From contig VSOB01000005.1 in assembly GCA_009774625.1 (NCBI GenBank), forward strand, positions 10,061 to 74,060: a stretch of 64,000 nucleotides of DNA, written 5' to 3'. The notes under the pieces were generated by a model that saw nothing but the letters and a program-made list of their open reading frames with translations, was not told the origin of the DNA and ran no database searches. The position numbers and the translations under genes are program-made. The DNA is from Lachnospiraceae bacterium (GTDB lineage: Bacteria > Bacillota > Clostridia > Lachnospirales > Lachnospiraceae). Shown here piece by piece: positions 56,506-64,000 of the stretch. Each line of letters starts with the position of its first letter. Position 1 is the stretch's first letter.

Positions 56506-57671
56506 TTTTGGATAGATTCAGGGAAAGGAGAAGGAAGAAAGCGGCGGATCATTATTTTGATTACAGTCTGCTTTTCATTGTACTGTTTTTGCTTGGCTTC
56601 GGAATGATTATGATTTACTCCACCAGCTCTTACGAGGCCAGCAAGGATTATGGGGACGCGGCCTATTATCTGAAAAAGCAGGCGGTGGCTACGGCCCTGG
56701 GCATTGCCGCTATGATATTCACAGCCAATGTCCCTTATCATTTCTGGGAAAAATTTGCCGTACCGGGCTATCTGGTATCGGCCGTGCTGATCTGTCTTGT
56801 GCTGACGCCTCTGGGCGTTAAGGTAAAGGGCGCGAGACGGTGGCTGGATTTTGGCATCGGGCTGCGTCTGCAGCCTGCGGAGATCGCAAAGCTGTGTATG
56901 ATCCTGTTTCTTGCCAGCATGGTATGTAAAATGGGAAAAAGCATACGGAGCAGAAAGGGGTTTTTCAGTATCCTTCTCGTTCCGCTGCCGATCAGTATTA
57001 TGATCTGGAAAATAACCGATAACCTGAGTTCAGCCATTATCGTATTCGGGATTGCGGTACTGATGCTCTTTGTGGCCAGTCCGGATTATAAAAAGTTTTT
57101 TCTGATGGGCTTTGCGGGAGCCGGAGCAGCAGCCGGCATCGTATACATAATTACCAGACTGGCTTCTTCGGACAGTCTGGGCTTCCGGGGAGAACGTATT
57201 CTGGCCTGGCTGGATCCGGAGGCTTATGCCAGCGGAAAAGGATTTCAGACTCTGCAGGCGCTTTATGCGATCGGATCCGGCGGCATTTTCGGCAAAGGCC
57301 TGGGACAGAGTATGCAGAAACTGGGATTTATCCCGGAGGCGCAGAACGACATGATCTTCTCTATTATCTGTGAAGAGTTGGGGCTGTTCGGCGCCATAGC
57401 GATCATTTTGTTGTTTTTGCTTCTGATCTGGCGGTTTATGATTGTGGCCAACAATGCACCGGATCTGTTCGGTGCGCTGCTGGTGGTGGGGGTGATGGGA
57501 CATATCGCCATTCAGGTGATCCTGAACATTGCGGTGGTGACCAACACCATTCCCAATACGGGGATTTCACTGCCTTTTATCAGTTACGGCGGCTCCTCTG
57601 TTATGTTTCTGTTAATAGAAATCGGTCTGGTGCTGAGTGTGTCCCATTCCATACGGTTCAAGGAAGTTTAA
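56502..57671 (+). CDS. ftsW: SEDS-family peptidoglycan polymerase FtsW/SpoVE
   Basis: Multi-TM SEDS protein (LQPAEIAKL, PEAQNDMIFSII, ISLPFISYGGSS). The slot after murD corresponds to spoVE in sporeformers. Confidence 0.88.
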   Translation: MILDRFRERRRKKAADHYFDYSLLFIVLFLLGFGMIMIYSTSSYEASKDYGDAAYYLKKQAVATALGIAAMIFTANVPYHFWEKFAVPGYLVSAVLICLVLTPLGVKVKGARRWLDFGIGLRLQPAEIAKLCMILFLASMVCKMGKSIRSRKGFFSILLVPLPISIMIWKITDNLSSAIIVFGIAVLMLFVASPDYKKFFLMGFAGAGAAAGIVYIITRLASSDSLGFRGERILAWLDPEAYASGKGFQTLQALYAIGSGGIFGKGLGQSMQKLGFIPEAQNDMIFSIICEELGLFGAIAIILLFLLLIWRFMIVANNAPDLFGALLVVGVMGHIAIQVILNIAVVTNTIPNTGISLPFISYGGSSVMFLLIEIGLVLSVSHSIRFKEV

Positions 57672-57765
57672 GACAGGGCAGCCTGTGTAGTACAAGATAC
57701 CAAAAAGGAAATCTGTCATAGGATAGAATAGGTCTTTTTCATCAAAATCGTAAGAGGGTGAATCA

Positions 57766-59010
57766 GTGGATTCTATTCATATCTGCGGCGGATATCCGCT
57801 GTCTGGTGAAACACGGATACAGGGGTCCAAAAATGCGGTGCTGCCGATCCTGGCAGCCACTGTTCTTGTAGACGGGGTGAGTACGCTTGATAATTGTCCG
57901 GATATAGCCGATGTACAGTGTATGGTAAGACTGCTGCAAAGCGTTGGCTGTGTCGTGGAATGGGAGAACGGACAGATTCGGGTGGATGCCCGTCACATAG
58001 GAGGGATCAGCCTGCCGCAGAAGTATGTGAGCCGGATGCGCTCTTCGGTGGTGATGATGGGAGCGATTCTGGGCAGGATGGGCAGGGTTACCATCAGCTA
58101 TCCGGGTGGATGTGTGATAGGAAAACGGCCGATTGACATGCACCTGGAGGCATTTGCCCGTATGGGGGTGGCTCTTTCGGAAGAAGGAAATACACTGACG
58201 GCATGGACCCGCGGGCTGTCGGGAAATACGGTGACGCTTGCATTTCCCAGTGTGGGAGCCACGGAAAATGTGATATTGGCTGGGGTGCTGGCGGAGGGAG
58301 AAACCCTGATTCGGAATGCGGCCAGAGAACCGGAAATCGAAGCTCTGTGCGGATTTCTGAAATGTGCCGGCGCCGACATACAAAAGGAGGCGGGAGGCAG
58401 TATGCTGCGTATCCGGGGTGTGAGTCGGCTGAGCGGCTGTCGTTATCGGGTACCGGCTGACAGAATTGTGGCAGGCACATATCTTTTGGGCTGTATGGCG
58501 GCAGGAGGCAGTGTCTGTTTAAAGGGAGCCGACAGTGATGCGCTTTCTGCCGTGCTGGCAGTGATTGCAGGAATGGGAGGAAAATATCAGTGCGGCCAGG
58601 ATGGGATTACGCTTACCGCGCCTGAAAGAGTGCAGGCCATTTCTTATGTGAAAACCGAAGTCTATCCGGGATATCCCACGGATCTGCAGTCTCAGCTTCT
58701 GGCAGCGCTGGCTTTGGCGGACGGAGAAAGCATCGTGGAGGAAACGGTTTTCGAAAATCGTTTTCGGGTGGTTCCGGAACTGGTCAGAATGGGTGCCTGC
58801 ATGGAGACAGAAAAAAACCGGGTGATCATTCGGGGCGTGCGCGCGCTGTATGGCAAAAAGGTGGCTGCAGAAGAGCTGCGGGGAGGCGCCGCGCTCTGTA
58901 TGGCGGCTCTGGCGGCACAGGGCGATACGCATATTGCAAACCGTCATTTTATCGACAGGGGTTATCAGGCAATAGAGCAGGATATCAGAAACCTGGGAGG
59001 CAGAATATGA
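57766..59010 (+). CDS. murA: UDP-N-acetylglucosamine 1-carboxyvinyltransferase
   Basis: GETRIQGSKNAVLPILAA and the catalytic Cys loop PGGCVIGKRPIDMH, 414 aa, GTG start. Confidence 0.9.
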   Translation: MDSIHICGGYPLSGETRIQGSKNAVLPILAATVLVDGVSTLDNCPDIADVQCMVRLLQSVGCVVEWENGQIRVDARHIGGISLPQKYVSRMRSSVVMMGAILGRMGRVTISYPGGCVIGKRPIDMHLEAFARMGVALSEEGNTLTAWTRGLSGNTVTLAFPSVGATENVILAGVLAEGETLIRNAAREPEIEALCGFLKCAGADIQKEAGGSMLRIRGVSRLSGCRYRVPADRIVAGTYLLGCMAAGGSVCLKGADSDALSAVLAVIAGMGGKYQCGQDGITLTAPERVQAISYVKTEVYPGYPTDLQSQLLAALALADGESIVEETVFENRFRVVPELVRMGACMETEKNRVIIRGVRALYGKKVAAEELRGGAALCMAALAAQGDTHIANRHFIDRGYQAIEQDIRNLGGRI

Positions 59011-59729
59011 GGAAACGGACAGCCATACTGCTGAGCATATGCGGTGTATTTCTCACGATGGGAATACTGGCGGCTCTGGCGCTGCGGTATTATCGGGTGA
59101 CTACCGTATATGTGGAAGGAAATGTACATTACAGCAATGAAGAAATCATGGATATGGTGATGACGGGGACGCTGGGAGACAATTCTCTCTATCTGGCGCT
59201 GAAATATAAAAACAAAGGGGTGGACTCCATCCCCTTTGTACAGCGGATGGATGTGGATATCCTGTCCCCCGACACCATCAAAATCACCATATATGAAAAG
59301 GCGATGGCAGGTTACATAGAGTATCTGGGCAGATATATGTATTTTGACAAGGATGGCATCATTGTGGAGGCGTCGGATCAGAAAACAAGCGGGATCCCAC
59401 AGGTAACGGGGCTTTCCTTCGGATATGTGATCATGCATGAAAAACTGCCTGTGGAGAATCCGGAAATATTTGAAGATATTCTGGATATTACCCAGCTTTT
59501 GAATAAATATGGCGTACAGGCGGACAAGATCCGGTTTGATAAGGCGATGCATAAGACGCTGTACTTTGGAGAAGCAAGAGTCAGTCTTGGTTCCAATGAG
59601 AATATAGGCGAAAAAATTATGAAGCTGAAAGGGATTTTGCCGGAACTGGAAGGAAAAAAGGGAATGTTGAGAATGGACAATTATTCGGAGGAGATGCAGA
59701 ATGTTACCTTTGAATTGGATGCGGAATAG
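59007..59729 (+). CDS. ftsQ: FtsQ/DivIB-type cell division protein
   Basis: N-terminal TM, a POTRA-like segment (YRVTTVYVEGNVHYSNEEI) and a beta-rich C-terminal domain. Conserved position. Confidence 0.75.
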   Translation: MRKRTAILLSICGVFLTMGILAALALRYYRVTTVYVEGNVHYSNEEIMDMVMTGTLGDNSLYLALKYKNKGVDSIPFVQRMDVDILSPDTIKITIYEKAMAGYIEYLGRYMYFDKDGIIVEASDQKTSGIPQVTGLSFGYVIMHEKLPVENPEIFEDILDITQLLNKYGVQADKIRFDKAMHKTLYFGEARVSLGSNENIGEKIMKLKGILPELEGKKGMLRMDNYSEEMQNVTFELDAE

Positions 59730-59762
59730 AGGGCCTTAAATCAAAGAAAAATGAAAAAACAG

Positions 59763-59791
59763 TTGATTAATTAGGCAAAAGATAATAATAT
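59763..59791 (+). promoter_or_regulatory. possible ftsZ-proximal promoter
   Basis: TTGATT (59763-59768), 17 nt, TAATAT (59786-59791), within an AT-rich spacer. Confidence 0.35.
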
Positions 59792-59833
59792 AGATTATAT
59801 GTAGTTATTTGGAACTATAAAGGAGGACTACCT

Positions 59834-61078
59834 TTGTTAGAGATTAAGACAAACGATGCTGAGTCTGCAGCCAAAATTATTGTGGTTGGTGTTGGTGGTG
59901 CAGGTAACAATGCTGTGAATAGAATGATAGATGAAAGTATTGATGGTGTGGACTTTATCGGTATTAATACGGACAAGCAGGCCCTGCAGCTCTGTAAGGC
60001 TCCCAGGCTGCTTCAGATCGGTGAGAAGCTGACAAAGGGACTGGGTGCGGGCGCCAAGCCGGAGGTTGGTGAAAAGGCGGCTGAAGAAAACATTGAAGAG
60101 ATTACGGAAGCGCTGAAAGGCGCGGATATGGTATTTGTAACATGTGGAATGGGCGGCGGGACCGGAACCGGTGCGGCGCCGGTGATTGCGGGGATTTCCA
60201 AGGAGATGGGGATCCTGACGGTAGGAGTGGTGACCAAACCCTTTCGTTTTGAGGCAAAGGCCAGGATGATCAATGCGGTGGGAGGCATTGAACGCCTGAA
60301 AGAGAATGTGGATACGCTGATTGTCATTCCCAATGACAAGCTGCTGCAGATTGTTGACAGACGGACGACTATGCCGGATGCTCTGAAAAAGGCGGATGAG
60401 GTACTGCAGCAGGCAGTACAGGGCATTACGGATCTGATCAACCTTCCGGCAATTATCAATCTGGATTTTGCGGATGTACAGACTGTTATGAAAGACAAAG
60501 GCATTGCCCATATCGGCATCGGCTCCGGCAAAGGGGACGATAAGGCGGCGGATGCCGTGAAGATGGCAGTGGAAAGCCCGTTGCTTGAGACGACTATTTC
60601 CGGCGCCAGCCATGTGATTATTAATGTTTCCGGTGATATTACGCTGGCGGATGCGGCGGATGCGGCGGATTATGTACAGAGTCTGGCGGGAGATGATGTG
60701 AATATTATCTTCGGTGCCATGTATGACGAAACGGCAACAGACAGTTGTTCGATTACGGTGATTGCCACCGGGCTGGAGGCCAGCGTACCGCCCAGGATTA
60801 CACCCAATAATTACCAGACTTATAAGGCACAGCCTGTGAGACCCGTGAGCAGTAAAAATGTAAACATGAACATGAACCCCAATATGGGTACGGCGCCGAT
60901 ACCACAGCAGGTACAGGTACAGGCGCCGGTACAGCCCCAGGTTCCCACACAGGCTCCGAAGCCTGCTGCACAGACCATGAATGTGCAGCCTCTTTCCGGC
61001 ATCAGACGGCCGGGCAACATTAAGAGCAATGTGGAAGAAAAGACATTGAGCATTCCCAGCTTTCTGCAGAAAAAATAG
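59834..61078 (+). CDS. ftsZ: cell division GTPase FtsZ
   Basis: [13 protein letters not shown], the tubulin signature [13 protein letters not shown], and the C-terminal conserved peptide [13 protein letters not shown] start 7 nt after AGGAGG. Confidence 0.96.
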   Translation: MLEIKTNDAESAAKIIVVGVGGAGNNAVNRMIDESIDGVDFIGINTDKQALQLCKAPRLLQIGEKLTKGLGAGAKPEVGEKAAEENIEEITEALKGADMVFVTCGMGGGTGTGAAPVIAGISKEMGILTVGVVTKPFRFEAKARMINAVGGIERLKENVDTLIVIPNDKLLQIVDRRTTMPDALKKADEVLQQAVQGITDLINLPAIINLDFADVQTVMKDKGIAHIGIGSGKGDDKAADAVKMAVESPLLETTISGASHVIINVSGDITLADAADAADYVQSLAGDDVNIIFGAMYDETATDSCSITVIATGLEASVPPRITPNNYQTYKAQPVRPVSSKNVNMNMNPNMGTAPIPQQVQVQAPVQPQVPTQAPKPAAQTMNVQPLSGIRRPGNIKSNVEEKTLSIPSFLQKK

Positions 61079-61127
61079 GACGGCAGATTCCGGGAGCAGA
61101 ACAACGGCATCATAAAATTTTCAGCAG

Positions 61128-61164
61128 ACCCTGAAAAGGAATTTTCCTTTTCAGGGTTTTTTGT
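61128..61164 (+). terminator. strong intrinsic terminator after ftsZ
   Basis: ACCCTGAAAAGGAA (61128-61141) and TTCCTTTTCAGGGT (61144-61157) form a perfect 14-bp stem, followed by TTTTTTG. Confidence 0.85.
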
Positions 61165-61204
61165 AGTTTTTTGTCACGAAATATTCCGGGACCCAGGTTC
61201 GATT

Positions 61205-61237
61205 TTGACAAAATATTCGCCTGAGAATTCTTATAAT
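61205..61237 (+). promoter_or_regulatory. spoIIG-type promoter with an over-long spacer
   Basis: Consensus TTGACA (61205-61210) and TATAAT (61232-61237) are separated by 21 nt. Imperfect Spo0A-box-like heptamers lie nearby (TGACAAA 61206-61212; TTCGCCT 61216-61222, the reverse of AGGCGAA). Confidence 0.5.
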
Positions 61238-61264
61238 GGAACCAGTGAGAAATACGGGAGGTGA

Positions 61265-62089
61265 GTGGTGAAGTATAAACTGTATATTGATGCATTTTTC
61301 CTGCTGAATTTTTTTATGGATACCTTACTGTTATTTCTCATAAGAAAGGTTCTTAACTGCACTGCCACACGGTTAAGGGTGCTTTTAGGCGGTGCGTTTG
61401 GTGCGGGGATGACATGTGTTGTTACGGTTGTTCCGTATGTACCTGCATGGATCAAGCTATTGGCAGGGTATGGATTCATCAGTATATGTATGATCAGAAT
61501 CAGCTTTTCGGGGATGAATTTCCGGATGGCGCTCAGAGCCTCTTTGTATCTGTATGGATTTGCCTTTTTGCTGGGAGGGGTCCTGCAGGCGGTGTGGATG
61601 CAGATTCCGTTTTTCCGTAAATACGGCATGGGAATCCTGTCGGTCTGCATGACCGGCACAGCCGTTTATATCCTGTTTGCATTTTGCTATACAGCAAGGC
61701 AGAGGCGCAGGCGCTGCGGTATTTTCCCGGTGAGAGTGGTCTGGAACGGAAAGGAGACAACGCTCAAGGCTCTGGTGGACACCGGGAACAGCCTGTTCGA
61801 ACCCATCAGTCACAAACCGGTTTCCATCGTGGAAAAGCAGGCGCTGGAACTGGTTTTCGGGGAAGAGAGGCCCGGCTTGTTTCGTGCCATTCCGTTTCAC
61901 AGCATTGGCAGGTCCAACGGGATTCTGGACGGATATGAACTGACGGAGCTGATTATTTTTGGGGAGAATGAAAAAATAAAGATAGATAAGCCGATGGTGG
62001 GACTGTATGACGGAAAGCTGTCAGCAGGAGCGGCGTATCAGATGATATTACATCCCGCATTAACAGAAAAACAGGAGGAGTGTTCATGA
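61265..62089 (+). CDS. spoIIGA: sigma-E processing aspartic peptidase SpoIIGA
   Basis: N-terminal multi-TM half ([20 protein letters not shown]) and a C-terminal protease half with [11 protein letters not shown] start after GGGAGGTGAG. Confidence 0.88.
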   Translation: MVKYKLYIDAFFLLNFFMDTLLLFLIRKVLNCTATRLRVLLGGAFGAGMTCVVTVVPYVPAWIKLLAGYGFISICMIRISFSGMNFRMALRASLYLYGFAFLLGGVLQAVWMQIPFFRKYGMGILSVCMTGTAVYILFAFCYTARQRRRRCGIFPVRVVWNGKETTLKALVDTGNSLFEPISHKPVSIVEKQALELVFGEERPGLFRAIPFHSIGRSNGILDGYELTELIIFGENEKIKIDKPMVGLYDGKLSAGAAYQMILHPALTEKQEECS

Positions 62090-62826
62090 TTTTTAAGGTT
62101 GCAATACCAGGCAAGATACAGTTTCGGATGATACGCAGAGAAGCCGGCCTTTTGATGCGCAGACAGGGGGATGTCCATTACATAGGAGGGGCGGAGGTGC
62201 TTCCGCCGCCGCTGGAGGCAACAGAGGAAGAGGAAGTGATCAATGACCTGGGCACGGAGGATGAACAGGAAGCAAAGGCCACGCTGATCGAACATAATCT
62301 GCGCCTCGTGGTGTACATAGCCAAGAAATTCGACAATACAGGAGTGGGTGTGGAGGATCTGATCTCCATCGGCACCATCGGTCTGATCAAATCCATCAAC
62401 ACCTTTAACCCCGGTAAAAATATTAAGCTGGCAACCTATGCATCCAGGTGTATTGAAAATGAAATCTTAATGTACCTTCGGAAAAACAGTAAGGCTAAGG
62501 TGGAAGTATCCATTGATGAGCCGCTGAACGTGGACTGGGATGGAAATGAGCTTCTTTTATCGGATATTCTGGGGACAGATGAGGATGTGATCTACAGAGA
62601 CATTGAAAATGAAGTGGAAAGGGGGCTTTTGTTTAAGGCAGTCAACAAACTGTCGGAGCGGGAGAGGACAATCATCAATCTCCGGTTTGGCCTGAATACA
62701 CCCGATGGAGAAGAAATGACGCAAAAGGAGGTGGCAGCGCTGCTGGGAATTTCCCAGTCTTACATTTCCAGACTGGAAAAGAAGATTATTAAAAGACTGA
62801 AAAAGGAGATGGTAAAAGAGGTGTAG
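62086..62826 (+). CDS. sigE: sporulation sigma factor SigE (pro-sigma-E)
   Basis: A pro-sequence of about 30 aa, then [13 protein letters not shown] and [16 protein letters not shown]...[18 protein letters not shown], almost colinear with Bacillus pro-sigma-E. The ATGA overlaps the spoIIGA stop. Confidence 0.93.
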   Translation: MIFKVAIPGKIQFRMIRREAGLLMRRQGDVHYIGGAEVLPPPLEATEEEEVINDLGTEDEQEAKATLIEHNLRLVVYIAKKFDNTGVGVEDLISIGTIGLIKSINTFNPGKNIKLATYASRCIENEILMYLRKNSKAKVEVSIDEPLNVDWDGNELLLSDILGTDEDVIYRDIENEVERGLLFKAVNKLSERERTIINLRFGLNTPDGEEMTQKEVAALLGISQSYISRLEKKIIKRLKKEMVKEV

Positions 62827-62937
62827 AAATTCGTCGTCAGCCGACGAAAAGAAACTTACGAAAAATTGAAAAACCACGCATAGTTCAGCGCCATAGTGAG
62901 AATCATTTTACTGAAGAACATTGTAGGAGGAATCGCT

Positions 62938-63717
62938 ATGGCGCTTAATAAAGTAGAGATTTGCGGGGTCAATACGGCAAAACTTCCTTCCCTGTCCAAT
63001 GAGCAGAGAACGAAGCTGTTTCAACGAATCAAAGAAGGCGATATGGAAGCCAGAAACGAGTATACGGAAGGAAACCTGCGGCTTGTGTTAAGCGTAATCA
63101 AACGGTTCTCCGGCAGCAATGAAAATCCGGATGACCTGTTCCAGATCGGCTGTATCGGTCTGATGAAGGCCATTGACAATTTCAATACAGAACTGGATGT
63201 TAAATTTTCAACCTATGCGGTTCCCATGATTATCGGAGAGATCCGCCGCTTCCTTCGGGACAACAACAGCATCCGGGTCAGCCGTTCTCTCAAGGATACT
63301 GCCTACAAAGCCATCTATGCCAAAGAAAACCTGACCAAAAAGAATCTGAAAGAGCCGACTATCATGGAAATTGCAGAAGAGATCGGTGTTTCCAAAGAGG
63401 ACATCGTCTATGCGCTGGATGCTATCCAGAATCCCATGAGCCTGTATGAACCGGTCTATACCGACGGCGGCGATACCCTTTATGTTATGGACCAGGTCAG
63501 CGATAAAAAGAACAAAGAAGAAACATGGGTGGAGCACCTGTCTCTGAGAGAAGCCATGAAACGCCTGAACGAGAGAGAAAACGAGATCATCACACTGCGG
63601 TTCTTCGAAGGTAAGACCCAGATGGAGGTGGCGGAAATCATCGGCATCTCTCAGGCACAGGTATCCAGACTGGAAAAAAACGCCCTGAAGGTAATGCGGA
63701 ATTATCTGGCAGGGTAA
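62938..63717 (+). CDS. sigG: sporulation sigma factor SigG
   Basis: MALNKVEICGVNTAKLP...GNLRLVLSVIKRF...KFSTYAVPMIIGEIRRFLRDNNSIRVSRS, matching SigG. ATG 62938 follows AGGAGGAA. Confidence 0.93.
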   Translation: MALNKVEICGVNTAKLPSLSNEQRTKLFQRIKEGDMEARNEYTEGNLRLVLSVIKRFSGSNENPDDLFQIGCIGLMKAIDNFNTELDVKFSTYAVPMIIGEIRRFLRDNNSIRVSRSLKDTAYKAIYAKENLTKKNLKEPTIMEIAEEIGVSKEDIVYALDAIQNPMSLYEPVYTDGGDTLYVMDQVSDKKNKEETWVEHLSLREAMKRLNERENEIITLRFFEGKTQMEVAEIIGISQAQVSRLEKNALKVMRNYLAG

Positions 63718-63763
63718 GAAGAGATCAAAATGTATCAACCTATACGCTTGTTCCGAATTTGCC

Positions 63764-63795
63764 AAAACAGGGGAATGACAGACCCCTGTTTTTGT
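63764..63795 (+). terminator. intrinsic terminator after sigG
   Basis: AAAACAGGGG / CCCCTGTTTT stem with a 9-nt loop, followed by TG and T-rich sequence. Confidence 0.75.
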
Positions 63796-63870
63796 AGTAT
63801 ACTGAAAACAATGAGCAGTGAGGGAACACCTGATGATCCCGCTGCGGCAAAGATAAAATGAGGAACTTTT

Positions 63871-64000
63871 ATGACTTCCAAACAGCGTATTACATATCTG
63901 GATATGGCCAAAGGGGTGGGCATCGTGCTGATGGTGACGGGACATCTGGTAGGTTCGCTCCAGACAATTGATAACAAACCGTATTTTTCTCCTCTTTATC
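63871..64000 (+). CDS. N-terminal fragment of a membrane protein, possibly acyltransferase-3 family (3' end lies outside the window)
   Basis: ATG 63871 follows GAGGA. The frame is open to the window end. MTSKQRITYLDMAKGVGIVLMVTGHL resembles the N-terminal motif of the acyltransferase-3 family. Confidence 0.4.
   Translation, partial: MTSKQRITYLDMAKGVGIVLMVTGHLVGSLQTIDNKPYFSPLY

Noticed and set aside
62830-62910. A forespore sigma-F/sigma-G promoter for sigG (GCATA at 62878-62882) and the hairpin TTCGTCG/CGACGAA (62830-62848) as a sigE terminator
   Set aside because: GCATA fits the -35, but neither a sigma-F -10 (GGnnAnAHT at 14-15 nt) nor a sigma-G -10 (CATnnTA at 17-18 nt; here 21 nt) aligns properly. 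The hairpin has only 7 bp and no U-tract.

Overview
This 64-kb segment is coded entirely on the + strand. It comes from a spore-forming Firmicute of Clostridia type, judged from PolC, spoIIGA-sigE-sigG and a Gram-positive dcw cluster. The backbone is a well-known housekeeping string in four runs: pyrH'-frr-uppS-cdsA-dxr-rseP-ispG-polC, then rimP-nusA-ylxR-ylxQ-infB-rbfA-DHH-truB-ribF, then rpsO-pnp-thrS, then mraZ-rsmH-ftsL-PBP-PBP-mraY-murD-ftsW-murA-ftsQ-ftsZ-spoIIGA-sigE-sigG. Three accessory blocks interrupt it. (1) A PP2C phosphatase plus Ser/Thr kinase pair sits between rseP and ispG (4.76-6.87 kb). (2) A ~16-kb signalling island lies between polC and rimP (12.5-28.6 kb). It opens with a lone tRNA-Glu(CUC). 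It carries REC-HD-GYP, a PAS kinase, a second REC-HD-GYP with a degenerate motif, CheR-CheB-CheY-CheA-CheW-MCP, an Hpt protein with a two-receiver hybrid kinase, and an orphan MotA/MotB-like stator pair. The stator pair is bracketed by two near-identical promoter-plus-hairpin modules. (3) A block between ribF and rpsO (37.0-43.1 kb) holds a Na/Pi transporter, a LytTR/AgrC-type two-component system, a VOC protein, a small Cys-containing ORF and an NlpC/P60 hydrolase. The hydrolase promoter carries a perfect 17-bp inverted repeat and a WalR-type direct repeat. The most unusual candidate system is the Che-like cassette coupled to HD-GYP (c-di-GMP) outputs together with the stand-alone stator-like unit. 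No CRISPR array, transposase, integrase or rRNA was seen. All long minus-strand ORFs in the track look like shadow frames of the + strand genes. Every assignment rests on motif recognition by eye and on known gene order. No database search or computation was run.
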